Part shown: one piece after another, positions 28,242 through 38,824 of the stretch
How positions within the stretch are numbered: position 1 is the stretch's first letter
How the letters are laid out: each line of letters begins with the position of its first letter
Source of the DNA: Terriglobales bacterium
Lineage (GTDB): Bacteria; Acidobacteriota; Terriglobia; Terriglobales; Acidobacteriaceae
DNA: 64,000 nucleotides
Assembly: GCA_036558645.1 (NCBI GenBank)
Contig: DATBFG010000016.1
Span: 21,537 to 85,536 of the forward strand
Reading direction: 5' to 3'
Translations under genes and position numbers: made by a program
Notes under the pieces: generated by a model
Told to the model about the DNA's origin: nothing
What the model saw: the letters and a program-made list of their open reading frames with translations, nothing else
The model's database searches: none

Positions 28242-31200
28242 TTAGAACGACAACTTTGCGGAGAACTGGAACGACCGCGCAGGAAGCTGTGCGGTGATTC
28301 CTGTGAGCTCGTCCCCGAATCCTTCTTGCGGAGTATTGCCGTTCCCCCACAGGCCGTTGTAGTTGACGACATTGCGGTGGTTGAAGACGTTGAACGATTC
28401 GGCTCGGAGCAGCAGCTGGACACGCTCGGTTCCCAGCGAGAAGGGCCTCTCGATGAACGGGGATACGTCATAGATCGCGTTGCCGCGGCCGATGTTGCGT
28501 CCGAGCAGCGCTCCGTTCACGACCGGGCGATCGGTGGTTGCGCCGGGATCTCCGCTGTTGTTGCTGCCAGTGGTCACGTTGAAGGGCAGCCCAGAGGCGA
28601 ATGTGGCGACTCCGCCGAAGCTGATCTTCAGCGGAAAGACATAGACGCCGCTGACCACGAAGCGATGACGCTGGTCGAAAATGGCGTTTCCGAGTTCGAC
28701 ATTCTTTCCGGTGAAGTTGGGATTATTGGGGTTCTGCCCTGGCACGTCAGGGTCAACCGTATCGAGAGCATGCGACCAGGTGTAGCTGGCAAGCACCGAG
28801 AACCGCCGGCTGAAACGATGGTTCAGGTTGACATCCAGGGCGTTATAGTATGCGGCGCCGTTATTCACGTCGGTGGTGATTACGGCATATGGCGGCGGGT
28901 TTGTGTTGCTGGCATCGCAAACCGCGCCATTTTGGTTGTACCAATATACCCAGAATGGGCGAGAACAATTGGCAAGTTTGGGATCGACGATCGAGTTCCC
29001 CACCCGGGTTGGCGCCGGGGAATCCAAATCGAGCGGCCGGTTGATCTTGATGGTGTGCGACCCAACGTAGTCGAGACTGAGAACCCAATCGGATCCCAGC
29101 TGACGCTCAAATCCCACGGTCCACTGCTCTGTGTACGGATTGAGCAGCGCGTCGGGATATCCCTTCAGGACCGAAGTTGGAAAGAACTGGTTGTAGAAAG
29201 CAGCGTCACCGGGACGAATGTAAAGTGTGCGTAGTGGCGCCTGTGCGCCCGCAGGAAATGCAGGCAATGGTGCATCGGCGACCGTGCTGGGAAATCCAAC
29301 CTGGCCAGGAGTTGCAGTGTAGTTGAACACGCCAGTAGGTCCGGTCAGAGCGTAGTTGGCAGCAGCATTGTCGACAATCTGCGAGTAGTAAAGACCAAAG
29401 CTGCCACGAAGCACAGTTTTTTGATCGCCGTGAAGGTTGTAGACGAAACCTACACGAGGAGAGAAGTTCTTGTTTGCGTCGGTAAAGGTCTGCCGTTCAT
29501 AACGCAGGCCGAGATTCACCGTCAGATCAGGCCGCAATTTGAAGTCGTCCTGGGCGAACAAAGACCATAGCGTGTCATCCACGGTGTACGTTCCGTTGCC
29601 ATAGCTCTGCGTGTAGCTCGCGACATTGTTGATGTCGCCGATGTAGGCAGGGCTTTCGCAAAAAGCAACCGATGCCACGCAGGTGTTATAAGTGAACGAT
29701 CCCAGAAAGATCGGACCGCCGAACTCTTTGCTGTCTCCGCCGTTGTGGGCATGAATAACGTCGCCACCGAATTTCAACGTGTGACGTCCGTGCACCCAGG
29801 CAAGAGTGTCATTGAACTCATATTGATGGTTGAGCAGCAGAGCCGATTGCGATGTCCCGCTGGTGAAGCGTCCCTCAGTCGTGGGAACAATGTATTGGGT
29901 GCTGAAAATTACCGGATCGAATTGAGTGATTGGCGATCCCAACTGGAATTGCCCGCGGAAGTTGTTCAGCAAGGTTGGACTGAGTACCGCCGTCTCTCCG
30001 AGTGTGGCGGTGTAGGTACGGCGCTTGAATGTGCGCGCTACCGTGGGAAGGTTGTTTCCGCCCACGGCGCCGTTGGGATTCGTATCAAAAAAGCTGTCGG
30101 CGCTGGCGCGGAAGAATAGGTTGTTCTTGTCATTGATCTCGTGATCAATTCGCGCGTCTCCGAGCCAACCGCGATAATGGCCGGTAAAGGTTCCAAGGGC
30201 CAGAGGCGACGTTACCGGTGATGCCCGATTCTGCCAGCTGTATTCACCCGACAGGAAGAAGTGGGTCTTATCTCCGAAAAGCGGCCCAGAAAATGTTGCC
30301 GCGGCTTGAGTCAGCTCATCGCTCAAGATTTGATTGCCACTTGTCGCCGTGTCAAAGGTAAATCCTGAAAGGGTAGCTCCCAGTTCCCTCGGCCGCCATA
30401 GGGCAAACAAGCTGCCATGGTAGTCGTTGGTGCCGGTCCGCGTGACAATGTTTACAACGCTCCCCGCGCTTCTGCCATACTCCGCCGAGAACGGGTTGCT
30501 TAACACCGTCATTTCGTCCACCGCGTCGAGTTGAATATTGGTAAAGATCGTTTGGCGTCCCCAAGCGTCGCTGGAATTGGCGCCATCCACTTCGAACCAC
30601 GCCTGGCGGCGTCCGGTTCCGTTGGTTGTAAACAGGTTCTGATTCACGAAGATGTCGCCTTGGCTAATGGCCGGACGATTCGCGGAATTCAACAACGGAA
30701 GATAGGTGATCCGTCGGTTCAGTAACGGCATATCCTGAATCTGCTTGGGATTGAGCCAATCCCCAACCTGAGGCTCGTCGGTCCTTACTTCGCCACCCAC
30801 ACCGGTGACTGTAATCTCAGTTTTTTGAGTAGCAGCATTCAGTTGCAACCGAAAATTCGCGTTACTTCCGCCGATAAGCTCGATGTTCTCAAGCTTGCCA
30901 TCCTGAAAACCGCTTTTTTGCGAGGTGATTTCGTAGGATCCGCTGGGTAATCCGCTGAGAACGAACCTGCCAGAAGAATCGGTCTGAGTTTTGCGCTCTA
31001 CTGCGGTTTTGTTGCTTCGAATAATGATCTCAACGCCAGGTACCGCAGCCTGCGTTTGATCGAACACTTGGCCGGTAAGGTTAATTGTGTCAGGTGTTTG
31101 GGCCCGCAGGAAGCTAGGCGGAAAACACACGCAAAGTGCGAGAACGAATAGCACACCCAGATTTCTATTTTTCAAGGTAATTGTCTCAATACAGGAAGTA

Positions 31201-31244
31201 GAAGTAGCAGCAACCTGCAGGAACGGAGTATCAGATAGCCCCAA
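28242..31244 (-). CDS. TonB-dependent-receptor-like outer-membrane barrel with an N-terminal CarboxypepD_reg domain
   Basis: LTGQVFDQTQAAVPGVEIII...GSYEITSQKSGFQ, a plug-like PLLNRRITYL, and the C-terminus SFQFSAKLSF. The start is uncertain: TTG at 31244 or TTG at 31175. Confidence 0.8.
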   Translation of the reverse strand: MGLSDTPFLQVAATSTSCIETITLKNRNLGVLFVLALCVCFPPSFLRAQTPDTINLTGQVFDQTQAAVPGVEIIIRSNKTAVERKTQTDSSGRFVLSGLPSGSYEITSQKSGFQDGKLENIELIGGSNANFRLQLNAATQKTEITVTGVGGEVRTDEPQVGDWLNPKQIQDMPLLNRRITYLPLLNSANRPAISQGDIFVNQNLFTTNGTGRRQAWFEVDGANSSDAWGRQTIFTNIQLDAVDEMTVLSNPFSAEYGRSAGSVVNIVTRTGTNDYHGSLFALWRPRELGATLSGFTFDTATSGNQILSDELTQAAATFSGPLFGDKTHFFLSGEYSWQNRASPVTSPLALGTFTGHYRGWLGDARIDHEINDKNNLFFRASADSFFDTNPNGAVGGNNLPTVARTFKRRTYTATLGETAVLSPTLLNNFRGQFQLGSPITQFDPVIFSTQYIVPTTEGRFTSGTSQSALLLNHQYEFNDTLAWVHGRHTLKFGGDVIHAHNGGDSKEFGGPIFLGSFTYNTCVASVAFCESPAYIGDINNVASYTQSYGNGTYTVDDTLWSLFAQDDFKLRPDLTVNLGLRYERQTFTDANKNFSPRVGFVYNLHGDQKTVLRGSFGLYYSQIVDNAAANYALTGPTGVFNYTATPGQVGFPSTVADAPLPAFPAGAQAPLRTLYIRPGDAAFYNQFFPTSVLKGYPDALLNPYTEQWTVGFERQLGSDWVLSLDYVGSHTIKINRPLDLDSPAPTRVGNSIVDPKLANCSRPFWVYWYNQNGAVCDASNTNPPPYAVITTDVNNGAAYYNALDVNLNHRFSRRFSVLASYTWSHALDTVDPDVPGQNPNNPNFTGKNVELGNAIFDQRHRFVVSGVYVFPLKISFGGVATFASGLPFNVTTGSNNSGDPGATTDRPVVNGALLGRNIGRGNAIYDVSPFIERPFSLGTERVQLLLRAESFNVFNHRNVVNYNGLWGNGNTPQEGFGDELTGITAQLPARSFQFSAKLSF

Positions 31245-31455
31245 CTCTTACTACCACAGCTAGTACTATACCTTTACAAAATTATATAAATCGTAAGTCT
31301 TTGGTATGGGAGACGAAAGTGTGGCACGGATCATGACTCGCGAATTGCGATTTCGATCGCGATTGTGGGGCAGCATCCGATCGGTTTTCCGAATTCTCAC
31401 AGCAATAACCAGATTTCGTCCGTTCCAGAGGGAGAATCAGGCTAAAGATAGATGT

Positions 31456-33627
31456 TTACTTCTTCTCTTTTTTTGTTTGCGGCGCCATCACTTTTCCTCG
31501 CAACACGGTGATCGACGCTTTTGGCAAGGTGTACGTGGATTCGAGTGTCGCACTTAGGGTCAACTTCACTGGCGGTCCGTTCGGTTCGGCGTACCCCCAT
31601 TTGTCGTCGGGATGCCATTGGTATTGCTCGCTGCCGAAGCTGACAACATTAACGATCCCCGCAAATGAGCTTTTGACGCCCGACTTCTGATCTTCGAATG
31701 CAATCTTAACGACGTGCGAATTTTCCTGGTCTTTATTAATCAGCATGACGGACCACTGGCCGTCCGGCCGAGCCAGCGGGTACGCCGTGACAAGCACATG
31801 GCCAGCAGGATCGGTTACATCGCTCTTCGCTCCGAAAACACGATGTTCACCGGTGCCTGGCTGAATCCATTCCAGGTTCATGAGCTGGCTGGCGAAGAAT
31901 TGTGAGGTTGGCTGCTGGATCTCAAAGTTAAGGTTGACGGTGAATAATGCGAAGGTACCCATCGATCCATTGCAGCCATGGTATGAGCCCACCGGTAGGT
32001 AATGAAAATAGTAGAGTCCGTCTCCGCCGGCTGAGAAAAACGATCCGACAAAATCCGCGAGCCACAGTCCGCCGAAGACATCAACGAACGATTGGCCCGT
32101 ATTCCAGGCGACATTCACTTCCGTGATAAACATGGGCATGTCCGCCGGAACTCCGTCTTCGCGCCAGACATCGAGAATGTGACTGATCAGAGTTGGTTCG
32201 TCGTACAAGCTGCTCCACTGAATTTTGCAAGGTTCGTACGGATAATGTTCGAACGACACGAACGAGAGATCCGCCATGCGACCGTGAGCCTTCAAGTAGT
32301 CGATGAATCGTCCGAGCCATGAGGTCTTGCCTTGAGCATCGGGCCAAGTCTGAATGTCTTCGTTCACACCTTCGAAAACAGGTCCGCCAAGTTTCAGGTT
32401 GGGATCCACTCGATGCAGAGCGGTGGCCCACTGCAAGTAGAGCGCACCGTAGTCCTCAGGAAGCATGTACTGGCCGTCCGGTTCCTCCCCCATTTCTATA
32501 TAAGAGATGGGATAGCCGCGAGCCTTTAGGTAGGAGATCTGCGCAGCGGAGTCCTCGGGCGTGGCATAGAGCATGGCCACCGGGATCATCGCAGGAAGCC
32601 CACGAGTGTACCCGCTTGTGTAAAAGAGGTCTAACCCAACCTGATCGCGCTTGTCGTTGATGTCTGTGGGTTCGTGCCAGGGATCGATCGAGGAGCAAAG
32701 GGTTGCGGTCTGGTCCGGATCCGGAGTATGGCGGACGAGGTCGTGCAACTTTCCATCCGGCGAGACGGTGCCAGCGTAGAGTTCTCGAATGGCGTAGCCT
32801 ACGCAATTTCGACGATCGCTGCTGCCGTGACTGTCGCAGGTATTGGACGATTCCGTCATCCATATTCTTATGTAGCGAATTTGCATCGGTGAGACCGAAA
32901 GGTTGAGTACAACCGTACCGCCCTCAGCTTCGTTAACCACGCCGCCCGGAAACGTAACCCAGGCACCCTTAGTCGGTTGTTTGATCGGATCTTCGCCGGT
33001 CCAATATTGGACGATGTAATGAGTGGCATACGGCTCGCCCCAGGCAATTCGAATTGCGTTCAATGCATGGGGGTTGGCGAAATCCACCGTGACCCATTGC
33101 GGGTATGCCGAGTCTTCTTCGCCGGTAAACAACTTGGTGAGGTACGGATTGCTCTTCCAGTACGTATTCATGTCGCCGTCGGTGAGTCGGGAAAATCCGG
33201 TTTCCACGCCATCATTGCGAGTGAAGCCCCGATGAGGAAGAAAATAACCGAAGGAGTGTCGAATCGGTTCGGCAGGAGTTGCGCTGCCTACGAAGTAGCC
33301 TTTGCCTGACGAGTCGCTCCAGGTACCTTGTCCATTCCAGTGCCAGGCCTCGACATGTAACTCAGTATTCTGCCGATAGCTGACCGTTTGCCATCCAGCG
33401 GTCAACACTTTCTGCATGACCGCGTCAGTGAAGAGCTTGTCGGTAGAAACAGTGTTAATGCGATCGATGCCCGCACCCATAGCTTGAGTGGGTATGAACT
33501 TGTTGAGAACGTGGTCTGAAGTGGTGTCTATAGAAATAGTCTGGGCCACGCCACTGCCCGAAATCCCAATCGTCAGGGCAACGCTCGAATGAAACAACAC
33601 TTTTCGGATTCTCGCGATAGCGTACAA
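31456..33627 (-). CDS. Secreted F5/8 type C (discoidin) domain protein with a clan GH-A-like (beta/alpha)8 glycoside-hydrolase-like C-terminal part
   Basis: RLTDGDMNTYWKSNP...VTVDFANPHALNAIRIAWGEPYATHYIVQYW marks the discoidin domain. Candidate catalytic motifs are IEMGEEPDG and MFITEVNVAW, an assignment by analogy only. The TTG start at 33627 has GGAGG 6 nt upstream. Signal peptide present. Confidence 0.65.
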   Translation of the reverse strand: MYAIARIRKVLFHSSVALTIGISGSGVAQTISIDTTSDHVLNKFIPTQAMGAGIDRINTVSTDKLFTDAVMQKVLTAGWQTVSYRQNTELHVEAWHWNGQGTWSDSSGKGYFVGSATPAEPIRHSFGYFLPHRGFTRNDGVETGFSRLTDGDMNTYWKSNPYLTKLFTGEEDSAYPQWVTVDFANPHALNAIRIAWGEPYATHYIVQYWTGEDPIKQPTKGAWVTFPGGVVNEAEGGTVVLNLSVSPMQIRYIRIWMTESSNTCDSHGSSDRRNCVGYAIRELYAGTVSPDGKLHDLVRHTPDPDQTATLCSSIDPWHEPTDINDKRDQVGLDLFYTSGYTRGLPAMIPVAMLYATPEDSAAQISYLKARGYPISYIEMGEEPDGQYMLPEDYGALYLQWATALHRVDPNLKLGGPVFEGVNEDIQTWPDAQGKTSWLGRFIDYLKAHGRMADLSFVSFEHYPYEPCKIQWSSLYDEPTLISHILDVWREDGVPADMPMFITEVNVAWNTGQSFVDVFGGLWLADFVGSFFSAGGDGLYYFHYLPVGSYHGCNGSMGTFALFTVNLNFEIQQPTSQFFASQLMNLEWIQPGTGEHRVFGAKSDVTDPAGHVLVTAYPLARPDGQWSVMLINKDQENSHVVKIAFEDQKSGVKSSFAGIVNVVSFGSEQYQWHPDDKWGYAEPNGPPVKLTLSATLESTYTLPKASITVLRGKVMAPQTKKEKK

Positions 33628-33696
33628 GGCTTACCTCCGAACGACGGGAGAAGACAGGGAGAGACCGAATGCGCTGCAGCATTCGATCTCCCGGCG

Positions 33697-36600
33697 TTAG
33701 AAATAGAATTTCAATGCGAGCTGCACTTCACGTGGGCTGTTACACGTGCTGGTAATAACTCCAAAACTCCCCTGCTCGATGCCAGATCCTGTAAAGCGCA
33801 CACTCGTGTCTGGCCCGCAGAATTGTGGATGGTTAAAGGCGTTGAATGCCTCGGCGCGAAATTCGAGTCGCGCCCCCTCACGGATGCTGGACAGCGAAAA
33901 CTGTTTAAAGAGCGACATGGTCGCGTTCTTAATGCCAGGCTGCCGAATGTACGAAAGAGCACGCGACGCGTTGCCTAATGTGAAGTCGGCAGGTTCTCGA
34001 ATCACCTGATCGGAATTGGCGAAGTACTGATCGACGAAATTGGAGCCAGTATTGCGCTCCAGAAATCCGCTCAGATTGGGACGCCGTCCTCCATAGGTTG
34101 GAATGGCAGCGCCGCTGTCGAGCGTAAGCTGAATCGGTCGTCCGCTACTGAAGCTTAGCGTGCCATTCAATTGCCAACCGCCAATGATGGCGTTCACCAC
34201 CGAGTTCGCATTGTTGGCGATCTTACGTCCTCGTCCGATCGGAAGATCGTAGACATAGCTGAATTGCAGGACGTGCGGTATGTCAAACTGCGATACGGAT
34301 CGCTCCAGATCTCTGCGGTTCGGATCTTGCAAACTGGAGTTCCCGCCGAGCCATGTCACGCTGTCGTCCGTCGCTGAAGCGTCGTCGATAGACTTGGCCC
34401 AGGTGTAAGTAACCAGAAACTGCAGGCCGTTGGCATACTCCCTTTCCGCCCGTAGCTGGAACGCGTGATAGATCGAACTCGCGACGGGGAATGTGTCTCC
34501 CTGCAGGGATGTGTACTGCGGGTATGGCAGTAATAACTGGAATGCCTGGACTTCGCTTGCCGAGAGCGGGCTCAGGGGATCGGTGATGATTCCAAAGAAA
34601 GGATTGGGAACTGTGTTTTCAAGTGAAGCGATCACCGACGTGGGCTGTCTTTCGATGCTGATGGGCAGGTGGTTCAGTTCGCTGGCGCCTGTGTAGTAGA
34701 GGTGAGTTCCTTTCTTCCCCACGTAACTCGCATCAACAATAACTTTGGCCGGGAACTGCTTTTCGAAGCCGAAGGTCCAGGTCTGCTCGTATGGCGTATC
34801 CGTGATGCTCTTTACGTTGCCGCCTCCGCCAAAACCTATATCATTCAACGCACCGAGCGAATTACCTGGGGGGAGTAGCGGTCCTGTACCGGGGAACGGG
34901 TCGCTGAGTCTCGCGAACGGACGCACCTGGTCAGCAGGATTCACTGTCACCCATTCCGTCAGTTGGTCGTAGCCCTTGTAGGTGTTGATGGGCCCTGTTC
35001 CAGCCGCACCCGCGCGAGTCGTGGAATAAAAGATGCCGTAGCCACCGCGAAACACAAAGTCTTTTTTGAGCTGGTATGCGAAGCCGATACGGGGTTGGAT
35101 ATCTGACCAATCAATTCCGAAGTTGTACCGATTGTTCGGGTTCGCGAAAACCTCCGCACCCAACAGCGGTCGAGTTACATCGAGCCCAGTAAGAGGATCG
35201 GTATAGGTAATGCTGCCTCCGTTCAAGGGATTGGTCGCATTCAAATCAATCCAATTCTGGCGGTTGTAGCGTTCGGTTCGCGGTAACGTGACGTCGTACC
35301 GAAGTCCAAGGTTAAGTGTGAGATTAGGCGTCACTCGCCAGTTGTCCTGAACGAAGCCGCCAAACTGAAAGTTCTGCGTGCTGACCGCATTCGGCACTTC
35401 GTAGGGACAGAAGTCAAAACAACCATCAGGACTTCCGACTCCCATCATGAAGCTAGCCATGGGATCGCCACCAGAATCCCGAAACTCGGAGGAGCCGTTG
35501 TAATCGAAATTGAACTCTCCAGCCGGCCAGCCAGGCTGGGTGAAGTTGATACGGTGCATCCTGAACTCGCCGCCAAATTTCCATTCATGAGAGCCCCGGA
35601 GCCAGCTGACTGTGCCCACCACGTGATGCGTATCCTGGCCTTGTCGCAAGATGCTGAAGGTCTGCGTGCCTATGTTCGCGTCGGCCGGCGCGAAATAGTC
35701 AGCTAGCAAAATATTCGGGAACTGCGGAAATCCTGATCGCAGCATGTACGACGGCAGCCCAAGCTGCGAACTGGGATCGATGTCCGGAAAGTCACCCTGA
35801 ATGCCATGCTGGAAATCAAACCCACGCGTGTAACCGTAAGAAACGTTCATCACCACGGTGGGGCTGAACGTATAAGTCTCGTTGATTGCGAACAGGTGAC
35901 GGCTGAAGTCATACGGGCCCGCCGTGCATGGATCGGCTTCGTTTCCGTAACAATTGAAGCCATGCGAATTTCCCCATTCATGCGAATACTTTCCGCTGAG
36001 AAGACTCTTGTCACTGAAACGGTGATCGATCTTGATATCGAACTTGTTGTCAGAATTTTCGTTGATGCCTGAAGCAAACCAGTTCAGCAAGCGACCATCC
36101 GAATCGACCGCGTTCGATGTGGGAAGAGGAAAGAATTGCATCATTGCTGATGCGACAGGATCGATTAGATTTCCGATCACCCCCGGAGTCGCGGTTCCCT
36201 GGCTCGCATAAGTGGACAGATTGTTGAATGGAATAAAGGCTGTGCGGTGAAAACCGTTAATCTCTTCACTGTCATCGAAGAACGCGTTTGGATCGAATGG
36301 ATCCCAGAGCTGCCCGTTACCGTCGGGAGCGGTGCATCTTCCGTTCACGTCAAAGCTCGCACCGCGCAAGGTACAAAGTTCACCAAAGTCACCCGCGCGC
36401 TCTGCTGTGCTCGGTACGCCGGCGCTGCCGGAAGCAAAACTGTGCGTTCGTGTTCCATCGTAATCGAAGAAAAAGAAGGTCTTGTTCTTGAAGATCGGGC
36501 CGCCGAATGTCCCGCCAAAATTGTTCTGGCGGAGCGGCTGTTTGGGTTCGCCGTTGCGGTTCGCAAACCAGTCATTCGCGTCCAAAACATCATTGCGCAG

Positions 36601-37455
36601 AAATTCATACAGGCTTCCGTGAAACTGGTTCGTGCCCGAGCGAGTGACCACATTTACGACGTTCGCCCCGCTAAATCCGAATTCTGCGCTGAAATTGGAT
36701 TGTTGAACCTTGAACTCCTCGACCGATTCGACCGAAGGCGTGTAGGTTGCCGATAGGATTCCGCTGTTCTGCTCGAAATTCGAGGTCGAAACACCGTCAA
36801 TGATGACATCGGCGGTGGAATTCCGGCTCCCGTTGGAAATGAAGTTAGTTGCCGTACAACCGACACACTGGTTGTCAGCAATCGTTACGCCCGGCGCCAG
36901 GAAGGCCAAGTCAAACACTTGCCGGCCGATAAGCGGCAAATCATTAATAAACCTTCGATCTACGACCTGTCCGGTCACCGCATCCTGGGTCTGAAGTTCA
37001 ACTGCAGCCGCTTTGACCTCAACCGATTCGTTGACTGCACCGACCTGCAGGGCAAAGTCGACCGACACATTTTCGTTTACTGAAACCGTCACGTCGTCTC
37101 TGCGCTGCGCCCGGAAGCCCATCATCTCTACGCTTACCCGGTACTTCCCCGGAGGGAGTTGACGGATGAGGTATTTCCCGCTTTCGTCGGAGGTACCGCT
37201 GAAGTCGAACCCCTTCTCTTGGTCAGTAGCGGTTACCTTCGCGCCACGGACCGCAGCTCCGGACTGGTCCGTGACTGTACCGGCCACTGATCCCGTATAG
37301 AGCTGTGCCCTTAGAGGAGACGTGATGCACAGAACTAGGCCGAGGAGAAAGGCTAGCGCGATTCTGAAGGGAGAAGCGCGGTAAACAGCTCTCTTAATGG
37401 ATGCCAAGCCGTAGGTGAGGCGATCTGGAAGACAGTAGATTCCAATCTTGCGCAT
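33697..37455 (-). CDS. TonB-dependent-receptor-like outer-membrane barrel with an N-terminal CarboxypepD_reg domain
   Basis: GSVAGTVTDQSGAAVRGAKVTA...GKYRVSVEMMGFRA, a plug-like DLPLIGRQVFDLAFLAPGV, and the C-terminus VQLALKFYF. AAGGAG lies 6 nt upstream of the ATG at 37455. Confidence 0.85.
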   Translation of the reverse strand: MRKIGIYCLPDRLTYGLASIKRAVYRASPFRIALAFLLGLVLCITSPLRAQLYTGSVAGTVTDQSGAAVRGAKVTATDQEKGFDFSGTSDESGKYLIRQLPPGKYRVSVEMMGFRAQRRDDVTVSVNENVSVDFALQVGAVNESVEVKAAAVELQTQDAVTGQVVDRRFINDLPLIGRQVFDLAFLAPGVTIADNQCVGCTATNFISNGSRNSTADVIIDGVSTSNFEQNSGILSATYTPSVESVEEFKVQQSNFSAEFGFSGANVVNVVTRSGTNQFHGSLYEFLRNDVLDANDWFANRNGEPKQPLRQNNFGGTFGGPIFKNKTFFFFDYDGTRTHSFASGSAGVPSTAERAGDFGELCTLRGASFDVNGRCTAPDGNGQLWDPFDPNAFFDDSEEINGFHRTAFIPFNNLSTYASQGTATPGVIGNLIDPVASAMMQFFPLPTSNAVDSDGRLLNWFASGINENSDNKFDIKIDHRFSDKSLLSGKYSHEWGNSHGFNCYGNEADPCTAGPYDFSRHLFAINETYTFSPTVVMNVSYGYTRGFDFQHGIQGDFPDIDPSSQLGLPSYMLRSGFPQFPNILLADYFAPADANIGTQTFSILRQGQDTHHVVGTVSWLRGSHEWKFGGEFRMHRINFTQPGWPAGEFNFDYNGSSEFRDSGGDPMASFMMGVGSPDGCFDFCPYEVPNAVSTQNFQFGGFVQDNWRVTPNLTLNLGLRYDVTLPRTERYNRQNWIDLNATNPLNGGSITYTDPLTGLDVTRPLLGAEVFANPNNRYNFGIDWSDIQPRIGFAYQLKKDFVFRGGYGIFYSTTRAGAAGTGPINTYKGYDQLTEWVTVNPADQVRPFARLSDPFPGTGPLLPPGNSLGALNDIGFGGGGNVKSITDTPYEQTWTFGFEKQFPAKVIVDASYVGKKGTHLYYTGASELNHLPISIERQPTSVIASLENTVPNPFFGIITDPLSPLSASEVQAFQLLLPYPQYTSLQGDTFPVASSIYHAFQLRAEREYANGLQFLVTYTWAKSIDDASATDDSVTWLGGNSSLQDPNRRDLERSVSQFDIPHVLQFSYVYDLPIGRGRKIANNANSVVNAIIGGWQLNGTLSFSSGRPIQLTLDSGAAIPTYGGRRPNLSGFLERNTGSNFVDQYFANSDQVIREPADFTLGNASRALSYIRQPGIKNATMSLFKQFSLSSIREGARLEFRAEAFNAFNHPQFCGPDTSVRFTGSGIEQGSFGVITSTCNSPREVQLALKFYF

Positions 37456-37735
37456 TGCAAACTCCTTCTCTTCTGACGACCCGAGCTGATCCTGCAAAGA
37501 GTTGGTATTGCTGCTGCGTCGCTCAAATACCGAACACGACCTAGTGAAAGCTTTTAATAAACCGTGTTATTGAGCACTTCAAGGTTTATGTCAAGGAAAA
37601 TGTTCTGCTTCTCATCTGGTGAAACAACACCCTCTTGACGTTAAACAGTAGTCCGTGGCTCGTCAAAGGTCGTGTCCGAAATCCGCTTACATTGCAGTCA
37701 TCCCGCAACCGATTTAGCATGACCCTGGATCCCAA

Positions 37736-38824
37736 ATGTATGTCCCAGCAGGCACTCCGCAGGTGCGGCATCGGCATCTTCAAATCCGGCGCCTAACCTG
37801 CGTCTTAGCTCTCGCTTTCGCACTCGAGCCCGTACTGCAATCCTGGGGGCAAACATCTCCCACGCAAGTTCAAGTGTTCATCCAACGAGGACAGGCGGCT
37901 TTGGAAGCAGGGCAATTTCAGCAGGCAGTCGGCAACTTTGAACAGGCAAAGCAGTTTGCGCCGGAGAATCTTGAGGCGAATCGAGGATTGCTCCTAAGCT
38001 ATCTCCAGGCAGGAAAAGTCGCCGAGGCCGTCACACTCGGCGAATGGGCGATCACTCGCTGGCCCCAGGACGCCGATCTGCAGCATTGGCTCGGTTTGGC
38101 ATATTTCAAGACTGGACACAATACTGAAGCTCTGAACCTGCTGCGTGGGGCCGAGAAAATAAATGGAAAAGGATTCGGTGTTCACTTCGATATTGCGCTT
38201 GTTCTTCTTGCCCAGGAGCAATACGCTCCAGCCGCCGAGGAACTGGAAGCGGCACTAAAATTCGACCCTTCCGATGCTCTGGCGCACGTGCTTCTAGGCC
38301 GTGCCTATCAGAACACGAATCGAACCGTGCAGGCTGTTGCCGAGTTTCAGACTGCCCTACGACTTGATTCCAAGGTTAACCTTGGCCACTATCATCTGGG
38401 TTTTGCCTATGCCAGCCTGGGAAAGAATGAAGAGGCTAGTACCGAATACCGGAAACAATTGGCTGCGACTCCCGACAATCCGCAGGTTCTCTACCAGTTC
38501 GGACACTGTCTCCTTGAAATTGGAGATAACAAAACTGCTGCCGTGCATCTGCAAAGAGCCACAGAAATCAATCCACAAAATGCAGATGCCTTCTACGATC
38601 TCGGGAAAGCCTTGTTACTCGAGGGAAGCATCGAACCTGCGATCACTGCTCTTCAGCACTCGATAGAGCTCAAACCTACTGATCCCAGCCCTCATTACCA
38701 ATTGGCTCGTGCCCTCGACAAGGCTGGCAAGAGTGACGAGGCTAAGCTCGAACGTCAACGTTTTGCGGAATTGAAGAAGTCTCAACCTCAATCCGGAGGA
38801 ATGGCCACCGGCCGCGTCCAGTGA
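37736..38824 (+). CDS. Secreted TPR-repeat protein
   Basis: TPR repeats run throughout. The N-terminus is signal-like. The stop overlaps the start of the next gene. Confidence 0.75.
   Translation: MYVPAGTPQVRHRHLQIRRLTCVLALAFALEPVLQSWGQTSPTQVQVFIQRGQAALEAGQFQQAVGNFEQAKQFAPENLEANRGLLLSYLQAGKVAEAVTLGEWAITRWPQDADLQHWLGLAYFKTGHNTEALNLLRGAEKINGKGFGVHFDIALVLLAQEQYAPAAEELEAALKFDPSDALAHVLLGRAYQNTNRTVQAVAEFQTALRLDSKVNLGHYHLGFAYASLGKNEEASTEYRKQLAATPDNPQVLYQFGHCLLEIGDNKTAAVHLQRATEINPQNADAFYDLGKALLLEGSIEPAITALQHSIELKPTDPSPHYQLARALDKAGKSDEAKLERQRFAELKKSQPQSGGMATGRVQ

Noticed and set aside
28326-29234. 302-aa ORF on the plus strand
   Set aside because: It is antisense to a TonB-dependent-receptor-like gene and has no recognisable domain or SD. 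The shadow ORFs at 41310-41924, 43884-44708, 47819-48586, 56692-57531 and 52907-53386 are rejected for the same reasons.
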